The notes under the pieces were generated by a model. The model made no database searches, was not told the DNA's origin, and saw nothing but the letters and a program-made list of their open reading frames with translations. 64,000 nt of DNA from a virus, in IMG/VR virus record IMGVR_UViG_3300045988_175036, positions 32,001 to 96,000 of that record. One strand, written 5' to 3'. This document shows positions 51,574 through 58,334 of the stretch, one piece after another (the first letter of the stretch is position 1; each line of letters opens with the position of its first letter). The position numbers and the translations under genes were made by a program.

Positions 51574-52032
51574 TTGAATTTTTCTAGTATTGCCAGCGCA
51601 ATTGGTGGGTTCCTTGTTCTAATTTATTTAGTGTGGCAAGTTGTTGTAAAATTCTGCGGAGAAAAAGAATGGTTTAGTAAACGTCGAAAAGAGCGTCAAA
51701 AACAAAAGGAAGAAGAAAATAAAAAGCAGTTCAAAGAGACTATCAAAGAAGTAATTGAGCCAATGCTTTTGGAACTAAAAGAAAGAGACAACGAACAAGA
51801 TAGAAAATTGACTTGTCTTATTCATTCTTCTAATGATATGATGCGCGCGGAAATAGTAAAAATTTATTATCGTTATCTTCCACATAAGAAAATGCTTCAA
51901 CACAGCCGCGAGCTCTTGAATAAGCTATTTCATGATTATCACGACCAAGGTGGTAATAGTTTCATTGAAGATATGTATAATGAAATGAAAACTTGGCCAG
52001 TTGTTAATAATGACAAAGATTTGAGGGAATAA
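51574..52032 (+). CDS. membrane-anchored hypothetical protein
   Basis: TTG start after GGAGG. N-terminal TM helix IASAIGGFLVLIYLVWQVVV, then a charged region. Confidence 0.45.
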   Translation: MNFSSIASAIGGFLVLIYLVWQVVVKFCGEKEWFSKRRKERQKQKEEENKKQFKETIKEVIEPMLLELKERDNEQDRKLTCLIHSSNDMMRAEIVKIYYRYLPHKKMLQHSRELLNKLFHDYHDQGGNSFIEDMYNEMKTWPVVNNDKDLRE

Positions 52033-52035
52033 AAA

Positions 52036-52070
52036 GAAAGGACACATCGAAAGACGTGTCCTTTTCTACT
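52036..52070. terminator. bidirectional terminator between convergent genes
   Basis: AAAGGACAC / GTGTCCTTT stem with T-rich flanks. Confidence 0.65.
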
Positions 52071-52354
52071 TATTTACCTTTTACGCGCTCAATGATTTCA
52101 GCCACTGCGCTGGAACCTGACATTAGGACTAGGCCAGTCATAATTTTACCTGCTATAGTCGTCGCTTTGACAAGACCGCACGCGAGAATGAGGTCAAGAT
52201 TGAAGGAGAAGACTAGCGCGAAAGCAAATATTGCGGAAACACCAATAGTAATCCATTTGCTGAAAGAGAATTTGCCCCAAATTTCGTCTTTTCCTCTTTG
52301 AATCAAATACCACATAACACTAGAAAGCGCAATAATAAGTGTTAAAACATTCAT
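52070..52354 (-). CDS. putative holin (three hydrophobic segments)
   Basis: ATG 52354 follows GGAGG. VLTLIIALSSVMWYLI, ITIGVSAIFAFALVFSF and IAGKIMTGLVLMSG, with a charged C-terminus. Confidence 0.45.
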   Translation of the reverse strand: MNVLTLIIALSSVMWYLIQRGKDEIWGKFSFSKWITIGVSAIFAFALVFSFNLDLILACGLVKATTIAGKIMTGLVLMSGSSAVAEIIERVKGK

Positions 52355-52355
52355 T

Positions 52356-52991
52356 TTATTTTCCTCCATTTTTCCAAGTATATCCACCAGCCGTTAGACG
52401 TTTTCCACGGCAGACTTCGCTAATATGATTATACCAAATCCCAGTAGCTAATTGTGCGTCTTTATATGAAGTATATGAAGCTATAAAATTTCCTTGTAAG
52501 TCATACTGCTCTACAATATGCTTTTGTTTTGCAGTGCGAATAGCATAGCCTCTTTTCTTAATATCTTCTTCTGAAAGTTTTAATTCTTGTTTTATATAAA
52601 AAGAAATTGTTTCTATAGTTGAATTGGTTAATTTTCGAATATCTCTAATACAATATCCGTTTTGATATAAATCAATTATAGTTGAAATTTCTTTTTGGGT
52701 TAGGAAGCGAGTTCCTTCGCCGCCTCTAGTTGAATTATAACCTTCTTCATAAGAATTATAAAAATCAATCCAATAAATTTCTCGTTCATTGATAATATCA
52801 TTAGAACATTCTTCAATTGATTCAATAGAAAAGTTTTTTACTCCATATTTTCTAAAGGCCCGATAGATTTTGAAATCTTTATCTTTAATACTATTAAGAT
52901 GTTCTTTCCATCGTTCTTCAATAGTTCTGGTTGTTTTTCCAACGTAAACTTTATCATTTATAGTATTTGTAATTTTATAAATAAATCCCAT
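52356..52991 (-). CDS. free-standing GIY-YIG homing endonuclease (I-TevI/Seg-like)
   Basis: GFIYKITNTINDKVYVGKT, EREIYWI and GYNSTRGGEG. C-terminal DNA-binding-like CRGKRLTAGGYTW. Confidence 0.85.
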   Translation of the reverse strand: MGFIYKITNTINDKVYVGKTTRTIEERWKEHLNSIKDKDFKIYRAFRKYGVKNFSIESIEECSNDIINEREIYWIDFYNSYEEGYNSTRGGEGTRFLTQKEISTIIDLYQNGYCIRDIRKLTNSTIETISFYIKQELKLSEEDIKKRGYAIRTAKQKHIVEQYDLQGNFIASYTSYKDAQLATGIWYNHISEVCRGKRLTAGGYTWKNGGK

Positions 52992-53119
52992 AAGTCCTCC
53001 ACCTTATAATAAATGATGACGCTTATCCTGGAGGGGATATTGCTCCATAAGTAGCTAATTTATGGCTCCCGTCATATTTCTAAAGAAAAGAGGTCTCACA
53101 TATTCCATAATCCATAAAT

Positions 53120-53148
53120 TTGAAACTTTTGAAAAATTTTGATATAAT
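53120..53148 (+). promoter_or_regulatory. promoter (TTGAAA-N17-TGaTATAAT, followed by ATTTATAGAAA box)
   Basis: -35 at 53120-53125, -10 at 53143-53148. Confidence 0.65.
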
Positions 53149-53177
53149 ATTTATAGAAAATAAAGGAGGCAGAAAGA

Positions 53178-53468
53178 ATGGCTCGTGTAACACAAGAGGA
53201 TATAATTCATATCAATGATGTTTATTATAAGTGTCGAACTTATGCAGAAACTGCGCGGCAGACTGGTTTTTCTGCCTCTACAGTAAAAAAGTATGTTATT
53301 TCAGGTTATGAGCCAGCAGAGACAGTCAAAGTAGAAAAATTTGATAGACCTTTGCCTAAGTTTGACCCAATGATTTTTGTTCAAAAAGAGGATTGGGCTT
53401 CATTCTGTGAATATACGGTAGAAGAGGCTGCGCGCATTGAAGAGCTTTGGAAGGAGATGGCGTTATAA
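53178..53468 (+). CDS. HTH DNA-binding protein (possible transcription regulator)
   Basis: RTYAETARQTGFSASTVKKYV looks like an HTH. RBS AAGGAGG. Confidence 0.45.
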   Translation: MARVTQEDIIHINDVYYKCRTYAETARQTGFSASTVKKYVISGYEPAETVKVEKFDRPLPKFDPMIFVQKEDWASFCEYTVEEAARIEELWKEMAL

Positions 53469-53839
53469 TGGAGAAGTATTTTTATCTTGAGGAAAGCCCC
53501 TATCTTCCTACTTACTGTATGCTTTATACCAATATTGAGAAGATGCCTTTTCCAAATGGAATTAGAGGCTCTTATTCAATGATGGCTGCGCGGGTTCTTG
53601 GATTAGATTATGCAGACTTCTTGAGGTTTGCGCGCGACATCCTTGAAGCAAAGATTATGGGTAAAGGTGAATGCTATCCTCGTGCATATTTTAGAAAAAC
53701 TCCTGAAGTCCTTCAGATGGTAAAGCTATTGAATAAGCGGATGGAATTGATTATGGATATGCGCGCGAAGCCATACAATTTAGAAAAAAGAATTGATGGG
53801 TCAATCATAAAGGAGAATTTTGATGTATCTAACAGTTGA
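53468..53839 (+). CDS. hypothetical protein
   Basis: ATG 53468 follows AAGGAG and overlaps the upstream stop. Confidence 0.5.
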   Translation: MEKYFYLEESPYLPTYCMLYTNIEKMPFPNGIRGSYSMMAARVLGLDYADFLRFARDILEAKIMGKGECYPRAYFRKTPEVLQMVKLLNKRMELIMDMRAKPYNLEKRIDGSIIKENFDVSNS

Positions 53840-54737
53840 GTTGCTACGAAAATATGGTGCGCATCAAGATAAAATCCAAGAATTTGTTGGAAGATTTCCA
53901 AATGGTGTTGAAGCACTAGACTTTCTTGAAGAAATTGGCCCTGAAGCGATTGCTGGTAATTATAGTCCATGGCTTGAGGCATTATACTGGGGTTACCGAA
54001 TGCTACCCTGGACCACCAAAGAAAAAGAGAAATACTGTGAAGTTTTGAATATTGATAGTTCTTCTAGCGTCTATGAAAGTTATGATGTAGAAGAAAGTGA
54101 AAAAGTTATTCATTCTGATCACATTTATTTGAGCGGAAACATTGATAACTGTAGTAATATTAGAAATAGTAATTACGTTGCTTCTAGTGCTACAGTTGAA
54201 GGAAGTGACGGTGTCCTAAAGTCAGAATATATTGTGAATAGTAGTCTAGTTGATACTGGAATGGACATTCAAAGTTCAAAAGAAATTTATAAAGCATCAC
54301 ATGTGAAGAAAAGTCAGAAGTGCGCGCGAGTCGATAGTATTGAGAATTGCGTCGGAATTTTCAGTTCTTCTGGATGTGAAGAGGTCTATTACTCTTCTTT
54401 TATGAAGAATTGTCATCATTGTCTTTTCTGTGATGATATTGAGGATGCTTCTTTTAGAATCTTCAACCAACCAGTGCCTGAGAAGGATTTCTTCGTAATT
54501 CTTTCGATGGTTGAGAGCTATTTTGATAACAAGCTTGAACCTTTGATTGAAACTACAGTAAATGACGAATTTTATTTTGGCCTTGATTGGCATGTTTCGA
54601 CGCACTTTACAAAGATTTACAGAAGCCTGTCGCAGGAGGTTTTCAATCAACTTTATAGACTACCTGGTTATAATGACTGGCTGATGTATCAGATTACATT
54701 GAATACTCTGAGTTTTCGAGATTTGAAAAATAGCTAA
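53823..54737 (+). CDS. hypothetical protein (Cys/Ser-rich repeat region)
   Basis: ATG 53823 follows AAGGAG. Repetitive S/N/V-rich middle section with CHHCLFC. Confidence 0.55.
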   Translation: MYLTVELLRKYGAHQDKIQEFVGRFPNGVEALDFLEEIGPEAIAGNYSPWLEALYWGYRMLPWTTKEKEKYCEVLNIDSSSSVYESYDVEESEKVIHSDHIYLSGNIDNCSNIRNSNYVASSATVEGSDGVLKSEYIVNSSLVDTGMDIQSSKEIYKASHVKKSQKCARVDSIENCVGIFSSSGCEEVYYSSFMKNCHHCLFCDDIEDASFRIFNQPVPEKDFFVILSMVESYFDNKLEPLIETTVNDEFYFGLDWHVSTHFTKIYRSLSQEVFNQLYRLPGYNDWLMYQITLNTLSFRDLKNS

Positions 54738-54751
54738 ATTTCGAGTATAAT
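54723..54751 (+). promoter_or_regulatory. promoter (TTGAAA-N17-TATAAT, followed by ATTTATACAAA box)
   Basis: -35 at 54723-54728, -10 at 54746-54751. Drives the first RNA segment of the island. Confidence 0.6.
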
Positions 54752-54785
54752 ATTTATACAAAATGGTTGAGGAAAGGAAAAAGAA

Positions 54786-54920
54786 ATGACTTATCATTGG
54801 AAGACAGAAGTAGCAATTCTTGAAAATCGCATCCATCTTCTTGAACAGCGTGGAGATAACGTGCCAATTGTCTCAAAGTTGAAGCGACGACTAAGAAAGC
54901 TATTATCTAGCTCTTATTGA
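54786..54920 (+). CDS. possible 44 aa ORF (or 5' part of the downstream structured RNA)
   Basis: ATG follows GAGGAAAGGAAA. Encodes MTYHWKTEVAILENRIHLLEQRGDNVPIVSKLKRRLRKLLSSSY. Too short for the ORF track. Confidence 0.3.
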   Translation: MTYHWKTEVAILENRIHLLEQRGDNVPIVSKLKRRLRKLLSSSY

Positions 54921-55544
54921 GCTATTTGGCGCACGACAGAAACTTACCGTGAATGTCTGAAGTGGCCTCAGTTGGGAAGGCTTACCAGCTTTATAAAAAC
55001 CGAGCAATCAAGACAAAGTATTAGCTACACTTTGAGGAAGCAAAGAGGTGGGCGGGAGTCGGCTCTCCCGTAGCTAGAAACCGATTACAGGGTTAAGCGC
55101 AAGACGCTTAGGCCAAGCTATGATGTCATATTTCCGGGGCAATTTCGGTAGTATGACGGAGCTTTTGTCAAGGGTTAGGAGATTTCCACAGATTGCCTAG
55201 GGGTCTACCTCGTAGGAGACTACCGAAAGAAAATCTCCATCTTTATCCTGCCTTAGCACAACGGTAGTGCAACCGGTTTATGCCCGGCATACGGCTCCAG
55301 ATTAGGGCGCGATCTCGGTTCGAATCCGAGGGGCAGGACCAAAGGTATCCAAACTACCTTAATCGTTTGGTGAGGACTCAAGTTACTAAAGTTAGGTCAG
55401 CTTGACATCCAACAGAGACGACCTACACAGGTGAGACAGGTGAGAATGACGGCTTAGTCCTTTCTTGAATAAACAGAACCTGACCCGTTTTGGCGCCAAG
55501 GGTGAACGCTGCTTGAAGGTAAAGAAAGGCAATAAATTTTATAT
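54921..55544 (+). ncRNA. large structured RNA candidate A (~620 nt, contains an internal cloverleaf)
   Basis: No ORF in any frame and visibly higher GC than its flanks. Helices: TAGCTAC/GTAGCTA, CGGGAG/CTCCCG, TAAGCG/CGCTTA, GGAGATTT (55178-85)/AAATCTCC (55231-38), AGGACT/AGTCCT. Promoter at 54723. Ends at tRNA-Asn. Confidence 0.55.
55247..55341 (+). tRNA. tRNA-like cloverleaf with 25 nt extra arm, anticodon-loop UUUAUGC (UAU), CCA encoded
   Basis: Acceptor CCTGCCT/GGGCAGG, D arm GCAC-AACGGTA-GTGC, T arm CTCGG-TTCGAAT-CCGAG, then A-CCA. The anticodon stem has only 4 bp plus an A-C mismatch. The long variable region folds poorly. Confidence 0.45.
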
Positions 55545-55621
55545 GGGAGCATAGCTCAGTTGGTTAGAGCGCATGACTGTTAATCATGATGTCGAAGGTT
55601 CAAGTCCTTCTGTTCCCGCCA
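55545..55621 (+). tRNA. tRNA-Asn (GTT)
   Basis: Canonical cloverleaf: GGGAGCA/TGTTCCC acceptor, CATGA-CTGTTAA-TCATG anticodon arm, GAAGG-TTCAAGT-CCTTC T arm, G-CCA end. Confidence 0.9.
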
Positions 55622-55906
55622 AATGATGGCGAGTAGTGCGAATAGAAAAGATAAGAACGAAATAGTACCTTTTATGGTGGATAAACCTATTATTCACTTA
55701 TTGAATCTATTGGAGTCACGCACGGCTCCGCTTGCTATCATTACCAACGGATAAAACTTGTTGTGAGCAAACTTACAAGTTACCTTTTTGACCTCACAAA
55801 CAACTATGCAAGCATATCTTACGCGCAAACTAGATATGACTCCCTCTGGGAGAAAGGTGATTGCGCGGCCGGTTAGCGCTCCTGTCTAAGTTCAAAGCGC
55901 GTTATA
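55622..55906 (+). ncRNA. structured spacer RNA candidate B (~285 nt)
   Basis: ORF-free. Helices include GTTGTGAG/CTCACAAC and ACTTGT/ACAAGT. Lies between tRNA-Asn and a cloverleaf. Confidence 0.35.
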
Positions 55907-55973
55907 TCCCCTTTTAGTGTAATGGTTAGCACAGCAATTGAGGGCAAGAGTGGTTCGATCCCACAGAGGGGAG
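55907..55973 (+). tRNA. tRNA-like element lacking a normal anticodon arm (pseudo-tRNA or mimic)
   Basis: Acceptor TCCCCTT/GAGGGGA, D arm GTGT-AATGGTTA-GCAC, T arm GTGG-TTCGATC-CCAC. Only 15 nt lie between D and T arms, forming UUG-AGGG-CAA. Confidence 0.4.
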
Positions 55974-56053
55974 TCAAAGATAAAATTATCTTTTCTACAC
56001 GGAGAAACTATTGATTCCGAAAACTATCCAATACAAATTGAAAGGAAATTTTT

Positions 56054-56314
56054 ATGGAAAAGATTTTTGAACTCTGTAAAGAGCGTGATATCAGGTGTTA
56101 TTTCAGTTATTGGAAGCTCGACGATTCTATTCATTTTGCTTTCACTAGAACATTTGCTGGCCAAGATTGTAAATTTATACAGGTCGTTCCGATCAAGGAT
56201 ATTAATAATAATTCTCATGTTATCGGACAGTACATTGCAGAACTTATTGAAGACAAGCTGTCGGATGAGAATTGTAGAAAAATGATTCTCGACAGAATTG
56301 AAAAGCTTCTTTGA
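56054..56314 (+). CDS. hypothetical protein (86 aa) inside the RNA island
   Basis: ATG follows AAAGGAAA. Protein-like composition. Sits between two cloverleaves. Confidence 0.45.
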   Translation: MEKIFELCKERDIRCYFSYWKLDDSIHFAFTRTFAGQDCKFIQVVPIKDINNNSHVIGQYIAELIEDKLSDENCRKMILDRIEKLL

Positions 56315-56387
56315 AATCTATTTTTATAATAAGAAAAATAGGTACACTACTTCTTTTATGTTTCGTAGTAGCTGGATTTATAAATAT

Positions 56388-56463
56388 CCTCTATTGGTGT
56401 AATGGTAGCACACTTCCCGTCAAGGAAGAGGGGTCGGTTCGATTCGATATCCTGCATAGAGGA
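56388..56463 (+). tRNA. aberrant tRNA-Asp-like cloverleaf (GUC in a 6 or 8 nt loop, irregular T arm)
   Basis: Acceptor CCTCTAT/ATAGAGG, D arm GTGT-AATGGTA-GCAC, CTTCC-CGTCAA-GGAAG. The T region GTCG-GTTCGATT-CGAT has 7 extra nt before the acceptor 3' strand. Confidence 0.35.
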
Positions 56464-56650
56464 CGGCTTGACACAGCCGGAGTGTTATCTCTGGCATACG
56501 GATTAGCGTATGCAAAGCATTTGTCTTCGGATGGTAAAATGCGAGAGAAGTCATCCCCTTGAACTTCTCACTACATACATCCCCAGCGGTTGTTATGCTG
56601 AGACCGATGGCGCGACGGTCGTTTATAATATCGCGCCATTTGTCTAAAAT
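56464..56650 (+). ncRNA. hairpin-rich spacer C
   Basis: Hairpins CGGCT/AGCCG, GCATACG/CGTATGC, GAGAAGT/ACTTCTC and ATGGCGCGA/TCGCGCCAT. No credible ORF. Confidence 0.35.
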
Positions 56651-56686
56651 GCGGGTGTAGTATAATGGTTATTATGTCTGCCTTCC

Positions 56687-57150
56687 TTCTAAACTTAATG
56701 CGTTAGATATATATGGAGCAATTATCAACTCAATTTAAAGGCGATGTGACTGAACTTTTAGTTAGTGCATATTTACTAAAATTAGGTTATGTAGTATCTA
56801 AACCTTTAACCCAAGATAGTAAATATGATTTAATTGTAGATATTAACCATAAGTTAATTCGTATTCAGGTTAAAACTGCAAGACTAAATGATCGGACCAT
56901 TGGCAAAAGTATTAAGTTTAATTGTAGAAGTACCACAAACAATGTAAGAGAATGCAAACAGCGATATTATTCGCCAGAAGATGTAGATTATTTTGCAACA
57001 TATTGGGATAATGTAGTATATTTAATCCCAGTTACTGAATGTAGTGCTGAGAAAATTTTATGGATAGATAAGCCTACATATAAAAACAGTTGTTTTGCAA
57101 ATGATTATCTGGCAGAGGAGGTATTACAACGCATTTAAGCATTGGAAGGG
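56687..57150 (+). mobile_element. 464 nt endonuclease-carrying intervening sequence in the tRNA-Gly anticodon loop
   Basis: Inserted after C36. Only 26 nt upstream and 12 nt downstream are outside the ORF and its stop codon. The ends pair: CCTTCC (56681-86) with GGAAGG (57144-49), and CTTAATGCGTT (56694-704) with AACGCATTTAAG (57128-39). Confidence 0.7.
56713..57138 (+). CDS. PD-(D/E)XK homing endonuclease (I-Ssp6803I-like)
   Basis: GDVTELLVSAYLLKLGYVVSKPLTQDSKYDLIVD...IRIQVKT matches the E...G..V..P...YDLIVD...QVK pattern of the tRNA-intron endonuclease family (from memory). Located inside a tRNA anticodon loop. Confidence 0.65.
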   Translation: MEQLSTQFKGDVTELLVSAYLLKLGYVVSKPLTQDSKYDLIVDINHKLIRIQVKTARLNDRTIGKSIKFNCRSTTNNVRECKQRYYSPEDVDYFATYWDNVVYLIPVTECSAEKILWIDKPTYKNSCFANDYLAEEVLQRI

Positions 57151-57273
57151 AAGCAGAAGATGGGGCTTCGATTGCCCTCACTCGCTCCACCGCCCCATGG
57201 GAAGTTTGCCTCCAATAAGTCTCATGACCACTACTAGATTGCACTAGTTGACTGAATAAAGGTGGTTTTATAT

Positions 57274-57350
57274 GCACTTGTAGCTCAGTTGGTAGTAGCA
57301 ATTGCCTTTTAAGCAATGGGTCGGGCATTCGAGTTGCCCCAAGTGCACCA
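57274..57350 (+). tRNA. tRNA-Lys (TTT)
   Basis: GCACTTG/CAAGTGC acceptor, ATTGC-CTTTTAA-GCAAT anticodon arm, GGGCA-TTCGAGT-TGCCC T arm, A-CCA end. Confidence 0.9.
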
Positions 57351-57430
57351 CTTTATTTGGAATCAATAGCTTGTCCACCTTTGGGCGACCCGTAATAGCC
57401 GGACATTTGAAAATTTCTTCTCGTAAATGT

Positions 57431-57459
57431 TTGAAATTTTTCTGATTTTTTGATATAAT
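57431..57459 (+). promoter_or_regulatory. promoter (TTGAAA-N17-TGaTATAAT, followed by ATTTACAGAAA box)
   Basis: -35 at 57431-57436, -10 at 57454-57459. Confidence 0.65.
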
Positions 57460-57485
57460 ATTTACAGAAAGTGAGGGAAACGAAA

Positions 57486-57662
57486 ATGGAAACTGAAACT
57501 CCGTGGAAGCCCGAAGTAAAGAAAATGTCTCCCGAACAACTTGAGAAGTGGACGGCGCTCCGTAAAAAGTGTCAAGTCTTTCCTTCTCGAAAACCATATT
57601 CGCGCAAAATCAAACATAAAAATCGAGAAAAAGAAAAAGAAAAAGAAGAAAACGAAATTTGA
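57486..57662 (+). CDS. small basic hypothetical protein (58 aa)
   Basis: ATG 57486 follows GTGAGGGAAA. K/R/E-rich C-terminus. Confidence 0.45.
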   Translation: METETPWKPEVKKMSPEQLEKWTALRKKCQVFPSRKPYSRKIKHKNREKEKEKEENEI

Positions 57663-57687
57663 AAAACTTCTAAAATTTTGGTATAAT
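57659..57687 (+). promoter_or_regulatory. promoter (TTGAAA-N17-TGgTATAAT, followed by ATTTATACAAG box)
   Basis: -35 at 57659-57664, -10 at 57682-57687. No protein gene for about 1.6 kb downstream. Confidence 0.65.
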
Positions 57688-57704
57688 ATTTATACAAGAT
57701 GAGA

Positions 57705-57746
57705 GAGAGAGGAACTGGTCTTTTCCTTTCTACCAGTTCCTCTCTC
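57705..57746 (+). other. 15 bp perfect hairpin at the 5' end of the promoter-proximal RNA
   Basis: GAGAGAGGAACTGGT (57705-19) pairs with ACCAGTTCCTCTCTC (57732-46). No T-run follows, so it is not a terminator. Confidence 0.7.
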
Positions 57747-57778
57747 AGAAAGTCCTAATGTGGCTTACTTGAAAACTA

Positions 57779-57852
57779 TCCGATGTAGTTCAACTGGTTA
57801 GAACACCGCATTGATAAAGCGGAGCTGTCGGTTTGAGATCCGGCCTTCGGGT
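57779..57852 (+). tRNA. probable tRNA-Ile (GAT) with 8 nt T loop and mismatches
   Basis: Acceptor TCCGATG/CTTCGGG (6/7 paired), D arm GTTC-AACTGGTTA-GAAC, CCGCA-TTGATAA-AGCGG (A-A at 31:39), T arm GTCGG-TTTGAGAT-CCGGC. No CCA encoded. Confidence 0.5.
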
Positions 57853-58248
57853 AGTTGGTAAGCAGTCCCAAGCCTGCATAAACACAGAGGGAGACTAATA
57901 GCGGTATTACAGTGGCCAATGTAATATCCAAAATTTCGAGACAGGCAAGTCTTCAGGCAGTAGATGTCTGATAAAACAACGACGGCGAAGGAGTCGCGAC
58001 CTTCGGAGGAGCCGAGATAAACCTACGGGGAACCGCCATCGGAGAAAAGGAATTTATTAGTCAAATCAGTTTCGTGGTTCTGGGACTCAAAACCACCTCG
58101 CGCAGTTCTTACGGCGCAATATAAATAGGATGGGCGCTATCTGACATGGCGTGACGTTCAGAAGTTTCGATGCGTGGGCTTACCTATAAAACTCATGCTG
58201 GGTCTTTGGAGCCTTTTACCTCCTGTGTGAAACAAAAGGCTCGTATAT
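57853..58248 (+). ncRNA. large structured RNA candidate D (~400 nt)
   Basis: ORF-free and GC-enriched. Contains the GTGGTT/AACCAC hairpin. Bounded by the Ile-like tRNA and tRNA-Leu, in the transcription unit of the 57659 promoter. Confidence 0.45.
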
Positions 58249-58334
58249 GCAAGTGTGGTGGAAATGGCATACACATCTGATTCAAGCTCAGATGCCCACT
58301 GGGATTAAGGGTTCGACTCCCTTCACTTGTACCA
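58249..58334 (+). tRNA. tRNA-Leu (CAA), type II
   Basis: GCAAGTG/CACTTGT acceptor, 3 bp D stem, TCTGA-TTCAAGC-TCAGA anticodon arm, extra arm CCC-ACT-GGG, T arm AAGGG-TTCGACT-CCCTT, A-CCA end. Confidence 0.85.

Larger units (their letters stand above)
56651..57189 (+). tRNA. split tRNA-Gly (TCC): exon 1 56651-56686, insert 56687-57150, exon 2 57151-57189 (CCA encoded)
   Basis: Joined exons give GCGGGTG-TA-GTAT..TTAT-G-TCTGC-CTTCCAA-GCAGA-AGAT-GGGGC-TTCGATT-GCCCT-CACTCGC-T-CCA. The body carries G1:C72, C2:G71, G3:C70 and U73, and closely resembles T4-type tRNA-Gly. Confidence 0.8.

Noticed and set aside
55938-56562. ORFs 55938-56285 and 56311-56562
   Set aside because: Both start inside or run through tRNA-like cloverleaves. 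56054-56314, which has an RBS, is the more plausible gene in this span.
56687-57150. Calling the tRNA-Gly insert a standard group I intron
   Set aside because: C rather than U precedes the only junction that preserves a Gly anticodon loop. No guide sequence is seen near the 5' end. Only 38 nt lie outside the ORF and its stop codon. The question is kept as open rather than asserted either way.
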